Assembly (NCBI GenBank): GCA_013265495.1 | Contig: MU058815.1 | Location: 876,523 to 940,522 of the forward strand | Direction of reading: 5' to 3' | Origin: Vicugna vicugna | Taxonomy: Eukaryota | Length of the DNA stretch: 64,000 nucleotides | Shown: one piece after another, positions 1 through 13,700 of the stretch | Position numbering within the stretch: position 1 is the first letter of the stretch | Layout of the letters: every line of letters starts with the position of its first letter | Notes under the pieces: generated by a model | What the model was told of the DNA's origin: nothing | The model's database searches: none | What the model saw: the letters and a program-made list of their open reading frames with translations, nothing else | Program-made: the position numbers and the translations under genes

Positions 1-340
1 TTATCTCTTTCATACACAGGAGTGTGTGTCTGGTAATCCTATACCCCTAATTTATCCTTGCCCACCCTGCCCCCTGCTTTTCTCTTTGGTAACCATAAGT
101 TTGTTTTCTATGTCTGTGACTCTATTTTTGTTTTGTAAATAAGTTCATTTGCATCATATTTTTAGATTCCACGTATAAGCAATATTACATAATATTTGTC
201 TTTGTCCGGCTTACTTCACTTAATATAATCCCTAGTTCCATCCATGATGCTGCAAAAGGCATCATTTCATTCTTTTTATATATATCACATCTTCTTTATC
301 CACTTGTCTGTTGATGGATAGTTTGCTTCCATGTCTTTTG
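1..340 (-). mobile_element. L1 LINE 3' fragment (end of ORF2 / 3' UTR), cut by the window edge
   Basis: Antisense L1 motifs: 'tttggtaaccataagtttgttttctatgtctgtga', 'ttttagattccacgtataagc', 'tccatccatgatgctgcaaaaggcat'. Confidence 0.85.
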
Positions 341-1529
341 CAAACTTTTGGTTAGTCTTCAGGGCTCTAAAACAAATTCACTCTGGCAATTTTTGCCAGT
401 GTTATCATTTCTTTAACGGAGGAGTGGAATTTTGGAGCCTAACTGACATTTTTCACTGATGTCAGTCCTTCAGTATATTTAAAATTTTTTAAAGTGTTCT
501 TTTACTTTAATATTTCCTACTTATTAAAAAAAACACTCAAAAAGAATCTAGCTGAATTAAAGTCAGAAAAATTACCTCTGATTTTTCCATAATATCTATT
601 AATGTTTTAAATGCTAGTGTTTGTTCCTAAGGTCAAATGAGGTTTTGCTTTTTATAAAACTAACAATTTGAGATGACTCCTGCTTCATATAGAGAACTAC
701 TTCCAAATGATAAATTATAATCATATTATTTAAGTTTAATGATAATTTTGTTTCATTTTTCGCATTTCTAATGCTTTTTATTTTTTCCTTGTGTACCACA
801 GGGCTTGAATATAATTTTTAATATCTTTGAGTAACTTATCAGTAACTTGTACTGATATTTAGCTGAGCTATTTCATGAGTAATCATTGGGCATTTAGGTC
901 ATTTCTAAGTAGTTTGAGTATTTTGCATAATTTTAGATTTACATACTTTTGCTCTCTAATTTATATGCTACAGAGAAGCTATATCTTTGAGACATGTTAA
1001 TAAATGTATTCATTTTCACCACGTAGAGAAGTTTTAGAAGAAATGTTTGAAGTTTTACGCTATTATGCAAAGCCCTACTATTGTCAAAATGCTGATGTAT
1101 GATGTAGAATTCACAGCTGTCTGATTTCCAGTTTCTTCTGTAAAATAGAAGTTAGTTACTTTGGTTAAAACTGATCATTAACATAAGTGGTTCAAAACTG
1201 AAATTGAGAAATTTTTTTATTTTATTTATTGATTTATTTTAAAATAGCAACAGTGAACACTTTTTATGTTAATAACATCTTAGTATTGCCAGAAAGTTAA
1301 TTCTGGTCTCACAGGGCTCCTGAAATCAGACATAAAGTGTCACTTAGTTTTGAAACATGAAAGGGCATAATGAAAGACAAAACTTGGAAAGTAAATTTAT
1401 TTGCCTTGATTTATTTGCCATAGTTTGAATAATCATGAAAGGGGTTAACATCTTGGCAAAGATGCTAAATTACGATGCACTTGTTTCCTTGGTTTAAGGT
1501 TTATTGCCTTGCCTACAATATGAACAGGA

Positions 1530-3975
1530 CACTAGTCTCTTGCTTGCTACTCATGATAGCAAATTACCACCAACTGAGAGGCTTAAAGTAATGAACACCC
1601 ATTCATTTATTATCGCCCAGTTCTGTAGGTCAGAAGTCCAGGTACAGCATGGCTTATCCAGCTGTTGACTTAGATTCTTACAGGCCAAAATCAAGGTGCT
1701 GGCAGGGTTGGAGAGCCCAGGAAAGTATCAGGTGTTTTCTTCCCTTTGTGTGTGTATATATATATTTATTGACGTACAGTCAGTTTACAGTGTCGTGTCA
1801 ATTTCTGGTGCATAGCCCAGTGCTTCAGTCATACATGAACATACATATACTCATCTTCATATTCTTTTTCATCATAAATTACTGTAAGATATTGAATATA
1901 GTTTCCTGTATTATATAGCATGAATTTGTTAGTTATCTATTCTATATATATTAGTATCTACAAATACAGAACTCCCAGTTTATCCCCTCACACCCCCACC
2001 CCCGACCCCGGTAACCACAAGTTTGTTCTTTGTCTGTGAAACTGTTTCTATTTTGCAAATATGCTTGCTTGTCTTTTGTTTTGTTTTTTAGATTCCATAT
2101 ATCAGTGAAATCATATGGTATTTCTTTTTTTCTCTTTCCGGCTTACTTCACTTAGAATGACAACTCCAGGTCCATCCATTTTGCTGCAAATGGCATTATT
2201 TTATTCTTTTTTATGGCTGAGTAGTATTCCATTGTATAAATGTACCACAGCTTCTTTATCTAGTCTTCTGTGGGTGGACATTTAGGTTGTTTCCATGTCT
2301 TGGCTGTTGTAAATAGTGCTGCTATGAACAGTGGGGTGCGTATATCTTTTTGAATTAAAGTTCCCTCTGGATATATGCCCAGGAGTGGGATTACTGGATC
2401 ACATGCTAAGTCTATTTTTAGTCTTTTGAGGAATCTCCATACTGTGTTCCATAATGGCTGCACCAGACTCCATTCCCACGAACAGTGTAAGAGGGTTCCT
2501 TTTTCTCTGCACCCTCTCCAGCATTTATCATTTGTGGACTTTTTAATGATGACCATTCTGATACCTCATTGTAGTTTTGATTTGCATTTCTCTGATAATT
2601 AGTGATACTGAGCATTTTTTCATGTGCCTGTTGGCCATTTGTATATTTTCACTAGAGAATTGTTTGTTTAGTTCTTCTGCCCATTTTTGGATTGGGTGGT
2701 TTTTTTTTTCCTTACTAAGTTGTATGAGTTGTTTATATATTCTGGAAATTAAGCCCTGATCAGTCTCATGTTTTGCAAATATTTTCTCCCATTCCGTAAG
2801 TTGTCGTTTTGTTTTGCTTATGTTTTCCTTTGCTATGCAAAAGCTTATAAGCTTAATTAAGTCCCATTTGTTTATTTTCACTTTTATTTCTTTTGCTTGG
2901 GTAGACTGCCCTAGGAGAACATTGCTGAGATCTATATCAGAGAATGTTTTGTCTACGTTTTCTTCTAAGAGGTTTATAGTGTCTTCTCTTATGTGTAAGT
3001 CTTTAGGCCACTTTGAGTTTATTTTTGTGTAGGGAGTGAGGGAGTGTTCTAACTTCACTGATTTGCATGCAGCTGTCCAGTTTTCCCAGCACCATTTGCT
3101 GAAGAGATTATCTTTACTCCATCGTCTCCTTTGCCAAAGATTAATTGATGAAAAATTTGTGGGTTTATTTCTGGGCTCTCTATTCTGTTCCATTGGTCCA
3201 TTTGTCTGTTTTTGTACCAAACCATGCTGTTTTTGATGACTGTAGCTCTGGAGTATGGTCTGAATTCTGGGAGGGTTACTCCTTCAGCTTCATTCTTTTT
3301 CTTCAGTAATGCTTTGACAATTCTGGGTCTTTTCTGGTTCCACATAAATCTCAGGATAATTTGTTCTAGTTCTGTGAAAAATGTCTTGGGTAATTTGATA
3401 GGGATCACATTAAATCTGTAGATTGCACCTTGGGCAGTGTGGCCATTTTAACAATATTAATTCTTCCAATCCAAGAGCATGGGGAGAAGCAGCTTTTAAG
3501 TTTATCACTGATTGGTTTTTGGCCAAAACTGGTTTCTTGTCATTGTAGTACTGAGTTCTGTTTCCTTTCTGGAAGTCAGCTGAAGGTGTTTCTCAGTTCC
3601 TAGGCCTCAGTTCCTGGAGGCCACCCACATTCTTTGGCTCATGACACCCTTACCTAGCTTCACAGCCAGCTTTTTTATTCCCCTTTTCATTTTACTTTAT
3701 TTTAAATTTTATTTTATTATATTTTCTCTGGCCCCCATTTTTACCTCATCTTTGTACCCTTCTCTTCTTTCCTCCTCTACTTCCAAGGGTTCATAGGACC
3801 ACCTATACTGAGGCCACCCTGATAACGCAGGAAAATCTGTTTAAATTCTGCTTAATTTACATCAGCCTTAGTTACATCTGGACAGTTCCTTTACAGAAGT
3901 ATCTAGATTTGTACTTGATTGATTCCTAGGGAAGAGGAACCTTGCAGAAATATCTTTAGAATCCCACCTACTACA
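1530..3975 (-). mobile_element. MaLR (MLT1-like) LTR, split by an L1 insertion (halves ~1530-1725 and ~3482-3975)
   Basis: 'aaattaccaccaactgagaggcttaaa...cagttctgtaggtcagaagtcc...aaaatcaaggtgctggcagggttgg' resembles antisense MLT1. The sequence resumes after the L1 with 'ggggagaagcagc...ggaggccacccacattctttggctcatg'. Confidence 0.7.
1735..3481 (-). mobile_element. 5'-truncated L1: C-terminal ORF2 plus 3' UTR, frameshifted
   Basis: Minus-strand ORFs 3055-3408, 2543-3220 and 2260-2556 translate to L1 ORF2p motifs ([47 protein letters not shown]). Confidence 0.95.
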
Positions 3976-6239
3976 AATGATTATTTCATTTTCTGTGCAA
4001 ACTTCCCAGAGAACATTCTGTGATATACTGAAATAATTTTTTTCTGCTTATGTTGTCATTATTATCCCTTTTATTATTTAAGAAAACAAACAAAAGCTTC
4101 TCATTTATGAAAGACCGAAGGGCTTTTTTTCAAAACAATCATATGATCTTCCGTGTTTATTTATAGATATTTATTGTTACTTTGATTAAATACGTAACCA
4201 GATTCCGCCCCCCCAGTCATCCATGATCTCATTTTAATTAAGTTTCCAAATTTCCTTTGACAACATCCTTTCTTTTAAAATTTACACCTTCTTAAAAGCA
4301 GATATAAAGTATGATAAAAATTAGTAAAAAAAAAAATTTCAGAATACCTTTTGCCCCTGAAACTCAGAGAGTCTCCAGAAGGTATCTGATAATTCACGAA
4401 GATTTGTTCTTTCACATTATGAAAAGAGGAGTGCTAAAAGTCGGGGGGGTTTTGGACATATTACTATTGATGAGTTTTGTGGGAAGAGCTGTCAAATCAG
4501 CAGAAATAGTCGTATGTCAGTTAAATTTGCTCAAGTCAAATGTCATTAACGCAAACATTTCAGGAAGTGTGCATTTCATGAGCCGTCCCTGGGAGTTTGT
4601 CAATGCCCTCATTTTCCATATGTTATGACATTAGAAGTAACACTAAAATAGTCTGAAATAGTTCTGTTTAGTTTTTTCTGTATTTTTAGAGTCCTGGTGG
4701 TGCTTTGCCAAATGATTTCATGTAATGGCGTAAGCATTATTAGTCATAATTTAAAATTTTATTTAAAATGCTTACTTGGCGTCACCTTTCTCTTTCATTT
4801 TGAATCTAACATCTTCCAGGCCAGTGGGCCTCAGCTGAGCAGGTACCTCAGACTTAACCTATGGCGTTTTATAAATATACAGATATCTAAAACCTACTCC
4901 AAATTCACTGAATCTCTGTATTTGGTATTCTTCTTTCATTCATGGTATAATATATATTATATCTCACAATTATTATATGTTACATGTCAATATTTTTCCT
5001 TGTAACAATTATGTTCATTCATTTTTATATATGGGATGTGTCATCCACTGTCTTTTTTGAAAATATGCTTAATTAGTGTGCTTATAGACATTCTGTCTAA
5101 AACTTTCCCTTTTGATTAACATTATTATCAGTTTTGCATGTCCCAGAAACAACCATTTCCTTGTCAGTTGCATTATTCTTGTTATGAACGCTCATAAGAA
5201 TCCTCACGTTTGAAAATTACCAGTTATAACTTAGCCACAGTCATTTTAAGTCAGTCATTTACAGATTTACAGCAAATTTGGTAGAATCTGCTTTTGTAAA
5301 CTGTAAGGAAAATTTTTAAATGATATAATATTATTCTTACTGACTCTTCCCCCAAACATGGACACCCCACAATTCAGAAACTTGTATTCAATCTTCTTAC
5401 TTTGCATGGCAGTATACTGATTTGCATTAAGAAGTTGCAACTTCAGTAAAAGTTATCCTTCTTTTTAGCAATTGGAAAATTGATTATACAATCAAGACCT
5501 TGCCCAGAATGTCATGTTTGAGAATAATGTTTGCTTACTCAGGCATGACTTGCCACTTTTAAGGAATTAAAAGTTGACTTTATGAAACCAGTGTTTTCAA
5601 ACATCTCTTGGGAAAGCTGGCTTGGTACCTAACTTACAGGGTCCAGCTTACAAGTGAGTAAAGAAGATTCCTTGCTGACCAGCAAGAATCCGAGGGGTAT
5701 TTGAGTACCCTTGAAAAAGAAAAGTTCACCCAAACTTATAGGCACTGCAGATGAATCTTAATTTGATGGCTTCTTTTTTTATGTTTAGCTTCAGGAGAGC
5801 AAATAATGAGGGAAATATGTAGACATCATTTGATGTTCTATAGGTTAAAACATCTGTTACAAGATAATTATACACATGGTGATTTTTAACACTAAGCACT
5901 TGAATTTTCATATTACCATGATGTGGCACAATAGTGACGATGAAAACAAAAAACAGCAACAGAGAAAAACCCTTGAAATCTATTAGTGGAAGGGTGAAGT
6001 TCATGATTTAGATGTACGATTAGTAAACCAAGACTGAGAAATTTCCCAAGTGGGGAATACATTAAATAAATGAGTGCAAAACTAAAATTCGTTTTTGACG
6101 TAAGATTTTTACTCTGAGCGAGATTCCAGCTCCTACTGAGACTCCTGATTGGTGCATTAAATCTTCTCTAGGTTGAATTATTATGATGAAAAAATGCTAC
6201 TTTAATTCATTTATGTAGCCATGAAGTGTGATGGTCATG

Positions 6240-6590
6240 AGAATGGACTCTGAGAATGGCCCTAAGAATCTTCTTCAAAGCTCGGTTTCATCTTTAAAAA
6301 AACGAAGATAATGTTTGACTCTGTACAGAATACTGAGAGGATGAAACGAGTAAAGGCAGGTCAAGAATTTGTCACAGAGCCAGAAAGGCATTCGCCTTTA
6401 CCCCACCCCCACCCCCCACTGCATTATGGTGATGGTTGTCCTATGTTTTTCCTGCAGTAATTTAAGAAAATGGCAGTATTACTATAACATTACTAAGCTG
6501 ACTGAAAAAAAACAAATGATACTCACACGTATAAGAGACCAAAGCCAAGTGCTGGGAAATCCTATTTGTAACAGCAAGAGCTGTCACGTC
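6240..6590. mobile_element. Two degraded MIR fragments
   Basis: MIR-core-like 'ctcggtttcatctttaaaaaaacgaagataat...gaggatgaaacgag' on +, and an opposite-orientation remnant near 6480-6590. Confidence 0.45.
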
Positions 6591-6709
6591 ACTGTATTGT
6601 GTTACTATTGTCATAGTTACCATTCAGTTAAAAATTTTAATCTCAGCCTTTCTTATTCCTTTTCTTTCTTCTCCTTTCTCTCCTTTTTGCTTTTTTTTTT
6701 TTTTTGGTA

Positions 6710-7016
6710 GGGGTTCTTCTCTCCAGGGCAGCACAGGAATCCAGGAATCTCATGCGGTACCAGGAAAATAAGGCCACCTGATCGTGTAATCTGCTGTGCA
6801 CCTTGTCCCCACAGAGAGCTGACACCACCATGTCCAGATCTACACGGTCCCTGAAAGTCAACGAGCTTTCTTTCCAAGACGCCTATTAATGGCTCCGAAT
6901 AAAATAGACGACAAGACGCTCATCCTGTGTTAGTAGTCTGTCGCTAAACAAATGTTGTTGTTTAAAGCCACCAGGTGTGGTGTGGTTTGTCATCCCCGAA
7001 GGAGATTACTGAAGCA
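6710..7016 (+). mobile_element. MLT1-type MaLR LTR, 3' part
   Basis: End 'aaacaaatgttgttgtttaaagccaccaggtgtggtgtggtttgtca' matches the MLT1 terminal motif. Confidence 0.55.
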
Positions 7017-8382
7017 CAACGGTGAATGAGGAACCTTTGATAAAGTTTCTCCTAAATTCTGGCTGTTGGCCTCACGGAGGCCATCACCTCCTCCACGTGC
7101 CGCCAGGAACGGGGTGTGAGACCGCCTCTCACAGGGCACGAGGGTCTGCTGTCATATTCCCGGGGCACTCTTTTTCTTCTAAGCCTCCTCTCTTCACTTG
7201 AAGCCGGTGTCAGCATGAAGGCAGTCTTGTGGGGACTCTGACTTGACAGATACTAAGCTCATCACAACATTCAACTGACTCAGTTTCTTCCTGGCTTTCA
7301 AGTGAGGGTATTTATCAAACTAAATGTGCTGACCAGTTGTTTTTTTTTTTCATTCTTGTCTGTTCACTTTGTCTGTAAGCAGGTATCTGTACAAGCAACC
7401 TTAACACCCTGCGTCTTCACTATGCCAAGCTCCAGCATACCTCAGGAGTTCGTTTGCATCTAACATGATCCCCTGGTGACTCACAGGCACATTCAAAGTT
7501 GCAAAGCATTGCCCTAAACACTTTAAATTATAAAACAAGAAAGTTTTCATCCCAAACATACTGTTTACACATGATATGTAATATATGTATTGAATAAATT
7601 CCAGTAAGCCTGAATTTGAAATAGTTAAATATAGATGGTGAGAGTTTATTACCATGTAAAGCTGTTTTGCAAAGTGCAAGCCATTTGGTGGCAATCCCCT
7701 TGTAAATTTAAAGGTGCAAAATGTGATCTCATGGAGCAAGGTTGTCATTTTCTCTTTTAATGAAGCAGAGCGGTTATGTTTTAATTTGAACCTCTGAGCT
7801 ACCTTCACCAGAGTCTAAGTCTTCACCTTCTAACTCAGTTAATGGTGTAGGAATAAACAAAAACCACTCAAATTAGGAAAAAAGCAGAGGCTATTTATAG
7901 GAATAAACCACTATTATTTGTGTTTGGCAAAGATTCAAAGTCATATAGGGGAATGGTACAGATTTATAAGTTAAAAAAAAAAAAAGGAAGGGTTCAAGGA
8001 TGCTAAGACTGGAGATTGCTGGCTTGGGGAAGCTAGAGGTAAAGCAAAGCAGAAATGGAGCATCATATGTTACTGGTTTGGAGACCATATTTGGCATTCT
8101 CTGATTGCTCTTGAGCTGAAAATAGGAGTGCAAAATAAGGAAGTTGGCATTCATTTACCAAATTCTGCCTTCTTTTGGCTGATTGTTGCAGAAGTTGTGA
8201 ATAGAGTTCCATTGTTATGTATCGTCTGTCCACGCCTATCTGTATATTCATTCTTTCATGGGAAGCTAATTGTGCTGTTTGGACAGAGCATTGTGTTTTC
8301 AAATGGAAACTGACAGGGCAGGGGCAGAGAAATGCTTTAAGAAACAAATGTTGGTTCCTAAGCAAATATACTTGCAAGACAA

Positions 8383-8388
<6 letters not shown>

Positions 8389-8416
<28 letters not shown>
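8389..8416. repeat. (CA)14 microsatellite
   Basis: Read directly. Confidence 0.95.
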
Positions 8417-8420
<4 letters not shown>

Positions 8421-8849
8421 ATCAGATAAATAATAGATCTATTTCTAAATACCATAATAGCCTTTCTGGTAACATTATTGACCTAGCTGGAAAGATTTGT
8501 TTACAAACGTTTTTTTCAAAATAATAAAGACTGACTGCTGTTTGTTTTCTGAAATTGCCCAGATTATGGAATTTGCTCTCCTTGCAATAAGGAGACATCT
8601 GGCAGAGCTCTGGCTCGATTCCTTACTGTTTTAAACGTTGGAATTGAAATTTGTTGGGGTCGATGTGAGATAGGAAGGTGTACTCCACAAGGGGATATTC
8701 TACAAAGGCATATTCAATTTTGCAAGGTCCTGAGAGACAATTGCCTTCAAATTGTGATACATCACCCCCTAAATTGTGTCTGCATCCCAGATATTCTTGA
8801 TCGCCTTTCCATCCAGTTGAGACATTCATTCAGAAAAGTCAAGTCTGTC

Positions 8850-9850
8850 TACCCCTTATACTTCCTTTGAATTAGCCCACTTTTCTTTGGAAACTTCCTT
8901 TTCCCTTTCTCCTGGCTCCTTTTCATCAGCTTTTAAACTTACTTAATTATCACTATTCTGAAAATAAATAAATACTCTTTGGGCCATATTTTCTTATAAG
9001 CATTTCTCCTCTGCTCCAGGAGAGCCTGGTCTCTGCTTGTCTCCACTTATTTTCCTTTTGTTTATCCTTCGGCCCTTTGCAATCTAATTTCCATTCTCAT
9101 AATCCACAGACATCCTGCTGATTTTAGTTCTAATACTGCTTTTTCTGCGGTGTGTGGCTTAAAATAGTTCCATCATTTTTTTTGATTGGCTCAATTTTTC
9201 TGCTTCCTCTCCTTTTTTCTGTCATGATCTTGTCTTTAAATGGATGCACCTTTATTGGGGGATTTGGATCTCAGACCTCTTCTCATTGTACACTTATTCC
9301 TGAGCAATCTAATTTGCCCCTGGGCTTCAATTTGCCCCTGTATTTTTCCCCCGAATACAAAGCTAAGTTTATTTCTTTCTTTAATAAAAGCCACAGAGAC
9401 ACAACTGACATAATATTGCTATTCTTCGTGAAAGGAGAACAGATTTCTGTTATTTAGTACAGCTGTTGCAACAATGCAATTCGTTTTACTCTTACAAATA
9501 TACAGGAGGGACTTCAGCTACGGAAAAGATGCTGGCCCCCTTAACTCTGTCTCTAGTTGGTAACTCTCTCCAAATGTGAGCATCCATTTTCCTCACCAAT
9601 TGCCAGTAAGGCGCTTCTCTGCTCCTATGTTGTTTCTCTCAGTGCAACATATTTACATTTGAACTGCTCTTGTTTCTTTCATGCTTTCTAAAATAAAACC
9701 AAGTCAACATGATTTACTTACCCTTCTACCTCCTGCCAGAATGAGCACCTGCCAATCATCCTGGCTTCCTTCTCTTGTGTTTCCAACTTTACCCAAGTCA
9801 GAAAGTCCTGCTGATACTGAAGCATAATCACTTTCCAAATATATGCACCT
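8850..9850. mobile_element. Highly decayed L2-like fragments
   Basis: Pyrimidine-rich segments such as 'cttattcctgagcaatctaatttgcccctgggcttcaatttgcc' resemble L2 3' ORF remnants. Confidence 0.35.
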
Positions 9851-10772
9851 TATTTTGTGAGCGTTTCATTGTCATTTTTAAAAAAATATTTAAAATGATC
9901 TGCTCTCATTCTGTATTACAATAATGAGATGGTACAGAAAAATATAATTTTTAATAAAGTTTTGTTCCCTTTAAAAATTAAATTAGCCCTTAGAAATCAT
10001 ATTGCCTAGTAATTATAAAATGGCGCTAAACAATATGTATCACCTTTGCATTTACAATTTCACCCAATAATTTGTCCTGAAAAATTAATATAATTTAAAG
10101 AGACATAAACTGAATTGTTCATATCGAAGATACTTATAATAGTGTGAGGTTGGAAAACACCAAGAAGTCATTAATTGGTCACTAGATGGGTGAAATATTT
10201 TTATCAGGCAACTCTTAAAGAATATAAATTAGATGTATGAATAATGGAAAAATACCCATAATGCTTACTGTGTTGGGTTTTTTAAGTTTTATCCATCTCA
10301 CATATAAATATATATATTAATTTATGCATATAATTGCACAACGAACATTGGCACGTATAGCTTTCAAGTTTAACTTTGCATACCTACAGTGGTTGATTTT
10401 ATTTAATCTGGAAACTAATAGACAAACTTTCAAGTGTTTGATTATGCTTTTTCTCTCAGGTTGTTACATCTACAAAGCTTCATAATGTAGAGGACATTAT
10501 CAAGTACAGAAAGAATGGCATTCAACAAGTTAATTCATTATGCACACAGCACACTTTTTAGGATTCTTACTTACAATACTTTGGGGACGTGTCAGAAAAC
10601 ACATTCAAGATTGCTTTTGCTTTCAGTTTCTCGGATGAACGTCTCCCTTGATGTAACTAGCCAGTGATGTTGAAATCTTAGTAAACATCACAAGGCGTTA
10701 GTTTTAAGTGCAAGTCACGTTTCTAGCAATCAAGTGAACACTGAACCAAAAAGTAGCAACTTCAAACAGACG

Positions 10773-13700
10773 ACGAAGAGGCGAGGCGGTGGAGAAGCGG
10801 AGGCGGTGGCNNNNNNNNNNNNNNNNNNNNNNNNNNNNNNNNNNNNNNNNNNNNNNNNNNNNNNNNNNNNNNNNNNNNNNNNNNNNNNNNNNNNNNNNNN
10901 NNNNNNNNNNNNNNNNNNNNNNNNNNNNNNNNNNNNNNNNNNNNNNNNNNNNNNNNNNNNNNNNNNNNNNNNNNNNNNNNNNNNNNNNNNNNNNNNNNNN
11001 NNTAGGGGGTGGGGGGCCTGGAGGGGGGAGGCCAGAGGGTGAGTGAGTGCCTGGGTGAGCTTTCCCCTGGGAGGCTGTGAGAGGCCCGGGGCCTACCCCA
11101 GAGGAGCGGGGTCGCGGTGCCAGCGGGCAGCGGGCCCCCTCCCGGCCCCCGGGCCCAGCCGCGGAGGGCGTGGACGTGGACCTGGACCCCGGGCTGATGC
11201 AGAAGTTCAGCTGCCTGGGCACCACCGACAAGGACGTGCTCATCGCCGAGTCCTTCTTCCTGGATGTGACCAACTGGAACCCACAAGCAGCAGTCGGGGC
11301 CTGTTAGGACTTCGAGAGCCCAAACATCAGTGTGCCCTCTACGTCCCTTGTTGAAGATGCCACCATAGGGGAAGGAGAGTCAGTATCTCCTGATGCTCAC
11401 TTTATGATACGTGGCGGATCCAGAATTCTGGGGCAGAGGCCTGGCCTCCAGGGGTTTGTCTTAAATATGTCGGGGGAAGTTGGACACGTGAAGCGGTGAT
11501 GGTGCCCCGGGAGACTGCAGACGGCAGCGTCCAGACGTGCAGCCCCAGCAGAGCAGGAATGTATCCGGGGCAGTGGCGGATAGGGGGATGTCATCTGGGT
11601 CATCCTCAGCGTGGAGGTGGGCGGACTTCTAGGGGTAACACAGCGGCTGTCGTCTTCTGAGACGGAGTTCAACACACAGCCACACCGCAGGGTAGAAGGA
11701 AGCGTCAACCCGCGGGCCTCTCCCCAAAAGAACCGACCATCAGATGAAAACAACTTAAAAGACCCTGGAGGTTCTGGGTTCCACCTGATCAGGAAAAACA
11801 CATGGGCTCCTGCTCCTGACCAGACGGAGCAAGACGAGAACAGACCCACAGGACTCTGTGAACCTGTCCCCCGGCGGTCACGCAAACGACTTACCAGTGG
11901 CGACTTGCAGCGAGGGGCTCCACGGGCCTTCTCCGTTCCGCCAGTCCTAAACAGGTGTCAGCAAGAGGACAAATTAACAAAAGGCAGAAGGCTTGACTTT
12001 GGGGCGGAGGGCAGGGGGCTCCTCTGGATTGCAGACCGCATCGCGGGGACCCCTGGCTCTGACCCCCGATCCTGGAAGAAGAGGAGGACGCAGAGTGGAC
12101 TAGTTCTGAGTGAACTCAGTGTGCGCGCGTGAATGCGGAGTCACAGGGTCGCTGCTGAGGCAACCAAGAAGAAATCCGTGCAGCAAAGTAGGGTTTTATT
12201 AGGTGCCCGTCTAGCAAGCCATTAGGTCACGCAGAAAGGAAAAAAAAAAATGCTTTAAACGGGGGGAAAGCCATCTTTTTAAACAAAAGTTATTTTGCCT
12301 ACAGACAGGTTGTAGTTTTGAGCACGTGTTCATTTTCTCCCCTCTTTCCCACTGTTATTTTTTTGAGATGAGGGATAGCATACTCTTTATAGAGAGCTGC
12401 TTGCTCTGGAAGCGATTCGGGTTAGAGGCTGGCGTGGCATGTCTGGGGACGCCGTGGGTCAGTGCCACGTGACCCCACAACTCTCTGACCCGTTCGTTTT
12501 TCATGGCATCAGCCAATGAGTTACCACGCTTTTCCTCTTCTCTTCTTGTTGATCTTCTGGCGATTTACACCTTTGACATTTGTACTCGTCAACCCTGTGG
12601 CTTCTTGCCATCAGAACCTCTCTGAAGACCAAGCCTCCCGGCGTGGCCAGCGGAGGAAGCCTTGGGGACAGGTCTCGGGTGACGCGGGCGTTTGTGAGGC
12701 TGAGAGGTGCCCCTCTGCACTCACTTGTAACAATTCAAGCTGCCCTCCTCCCACGTTTCCCGTGGCAGAGAGAAAAGCCATCATGCTTACCGTCCTTTGT
12801 GGCGGTTTCACAGCCTGTTAGTGGAAGCTGAACTGTTGAGGTTTGAAAATATAGCCCCAGATGGGGAATTTGCCCTGGGGAAGGGCCACAGGTACCCATT
12901 TTGATGGAAATCAAAGGTCCCCAGGCCTGAGCAGGACGCTTGGTTACTGGGTGGTGGCGGGCAAGGGGCAGCCCTGCCGGAGCACAGGCTGGTTGGCTGG
13001 CTGCTCACCTGGACAGGTGGCCCCACTGGCACCCTGTGGATTCCAAGCAGTTTGAGATGGGCATATCTCCATGCAAAGTTTGAGCCGGGCTAGAACATCT
13101 GTCTGCCAAGGGTACGACAATATGCGAAGTCCCTCTTCTCTTCTTACCCCTCCTTCCCGCGAGTCCTGGTTGGCTGATAGCCAGGGATGCGGGTCCAGGG
13201 TGCGGGTGCAGAGCGGCCTGCCTGTTCCCACACCGCCACCCACCCTGGGGCTGTGAGACCAGCAGCGAGGCCAGGTCGATGGGCGGCTGTAAGGGTCCAT
13301 GTAGCCTGGGTGTGGGTGAGCGTCTGCCTGCCTGGCTCGCTCTCTGCGTGTCAGAAAAAAAATGTGTGTTGTTTTTTCCTCCTCATGCTCTTGTGAGACT
13401 GTTTTTTCAAAGCTTGATTGGGAGAGAAAGGTTTGTATGAAATTCCCCCTTTGCCTTCGCACCTCCCCCCAAAATCAAAGGGGGAATAAACATCGGCCCA
13501 CAGGAAGGTCCTGGGGGAGCGTGGAGCCAGCCTGCTGCGAGCGCGGTGCGGCTGGGCTGGGGCTGGCCTCGGGGCACGCTGCCGCGCCTGCTTTCTGTGC
13601 ACACACACAGTGCCCCGTTCCTGAGCAGGGCACATGGGAGTCCCTGCCAGGCGCCCAGGCCACCACAGGCCCTAGCAGGGGCTCATGATGGCTTTTTGTC

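Noticed and set aside
1719..3500. TSD for the L1 inserted in the MLT1 LTR
   Set aside because: The flanks (ggaaagtatcaggtgtttt / ggggagaagcagctttt) are too dissimilar to call.
10704..11286. ORFs spanning the N run
   Set aside because: Artefacts of reading through the assembly gap.
11161..11950. ADAR (A-to-I) hyper-editing of the mRNA before retrotransposition
   Set aside because: T>C, T>G and A>C changes together are about as common as A>G on the sense strand.
11611..12132. 173-aa ORF as a functional ILRUN retrogene
   Set aside because: GTG start in mid-protein, upstream domains destroyed, and it shifts out of the ILRUN frame near 11845.
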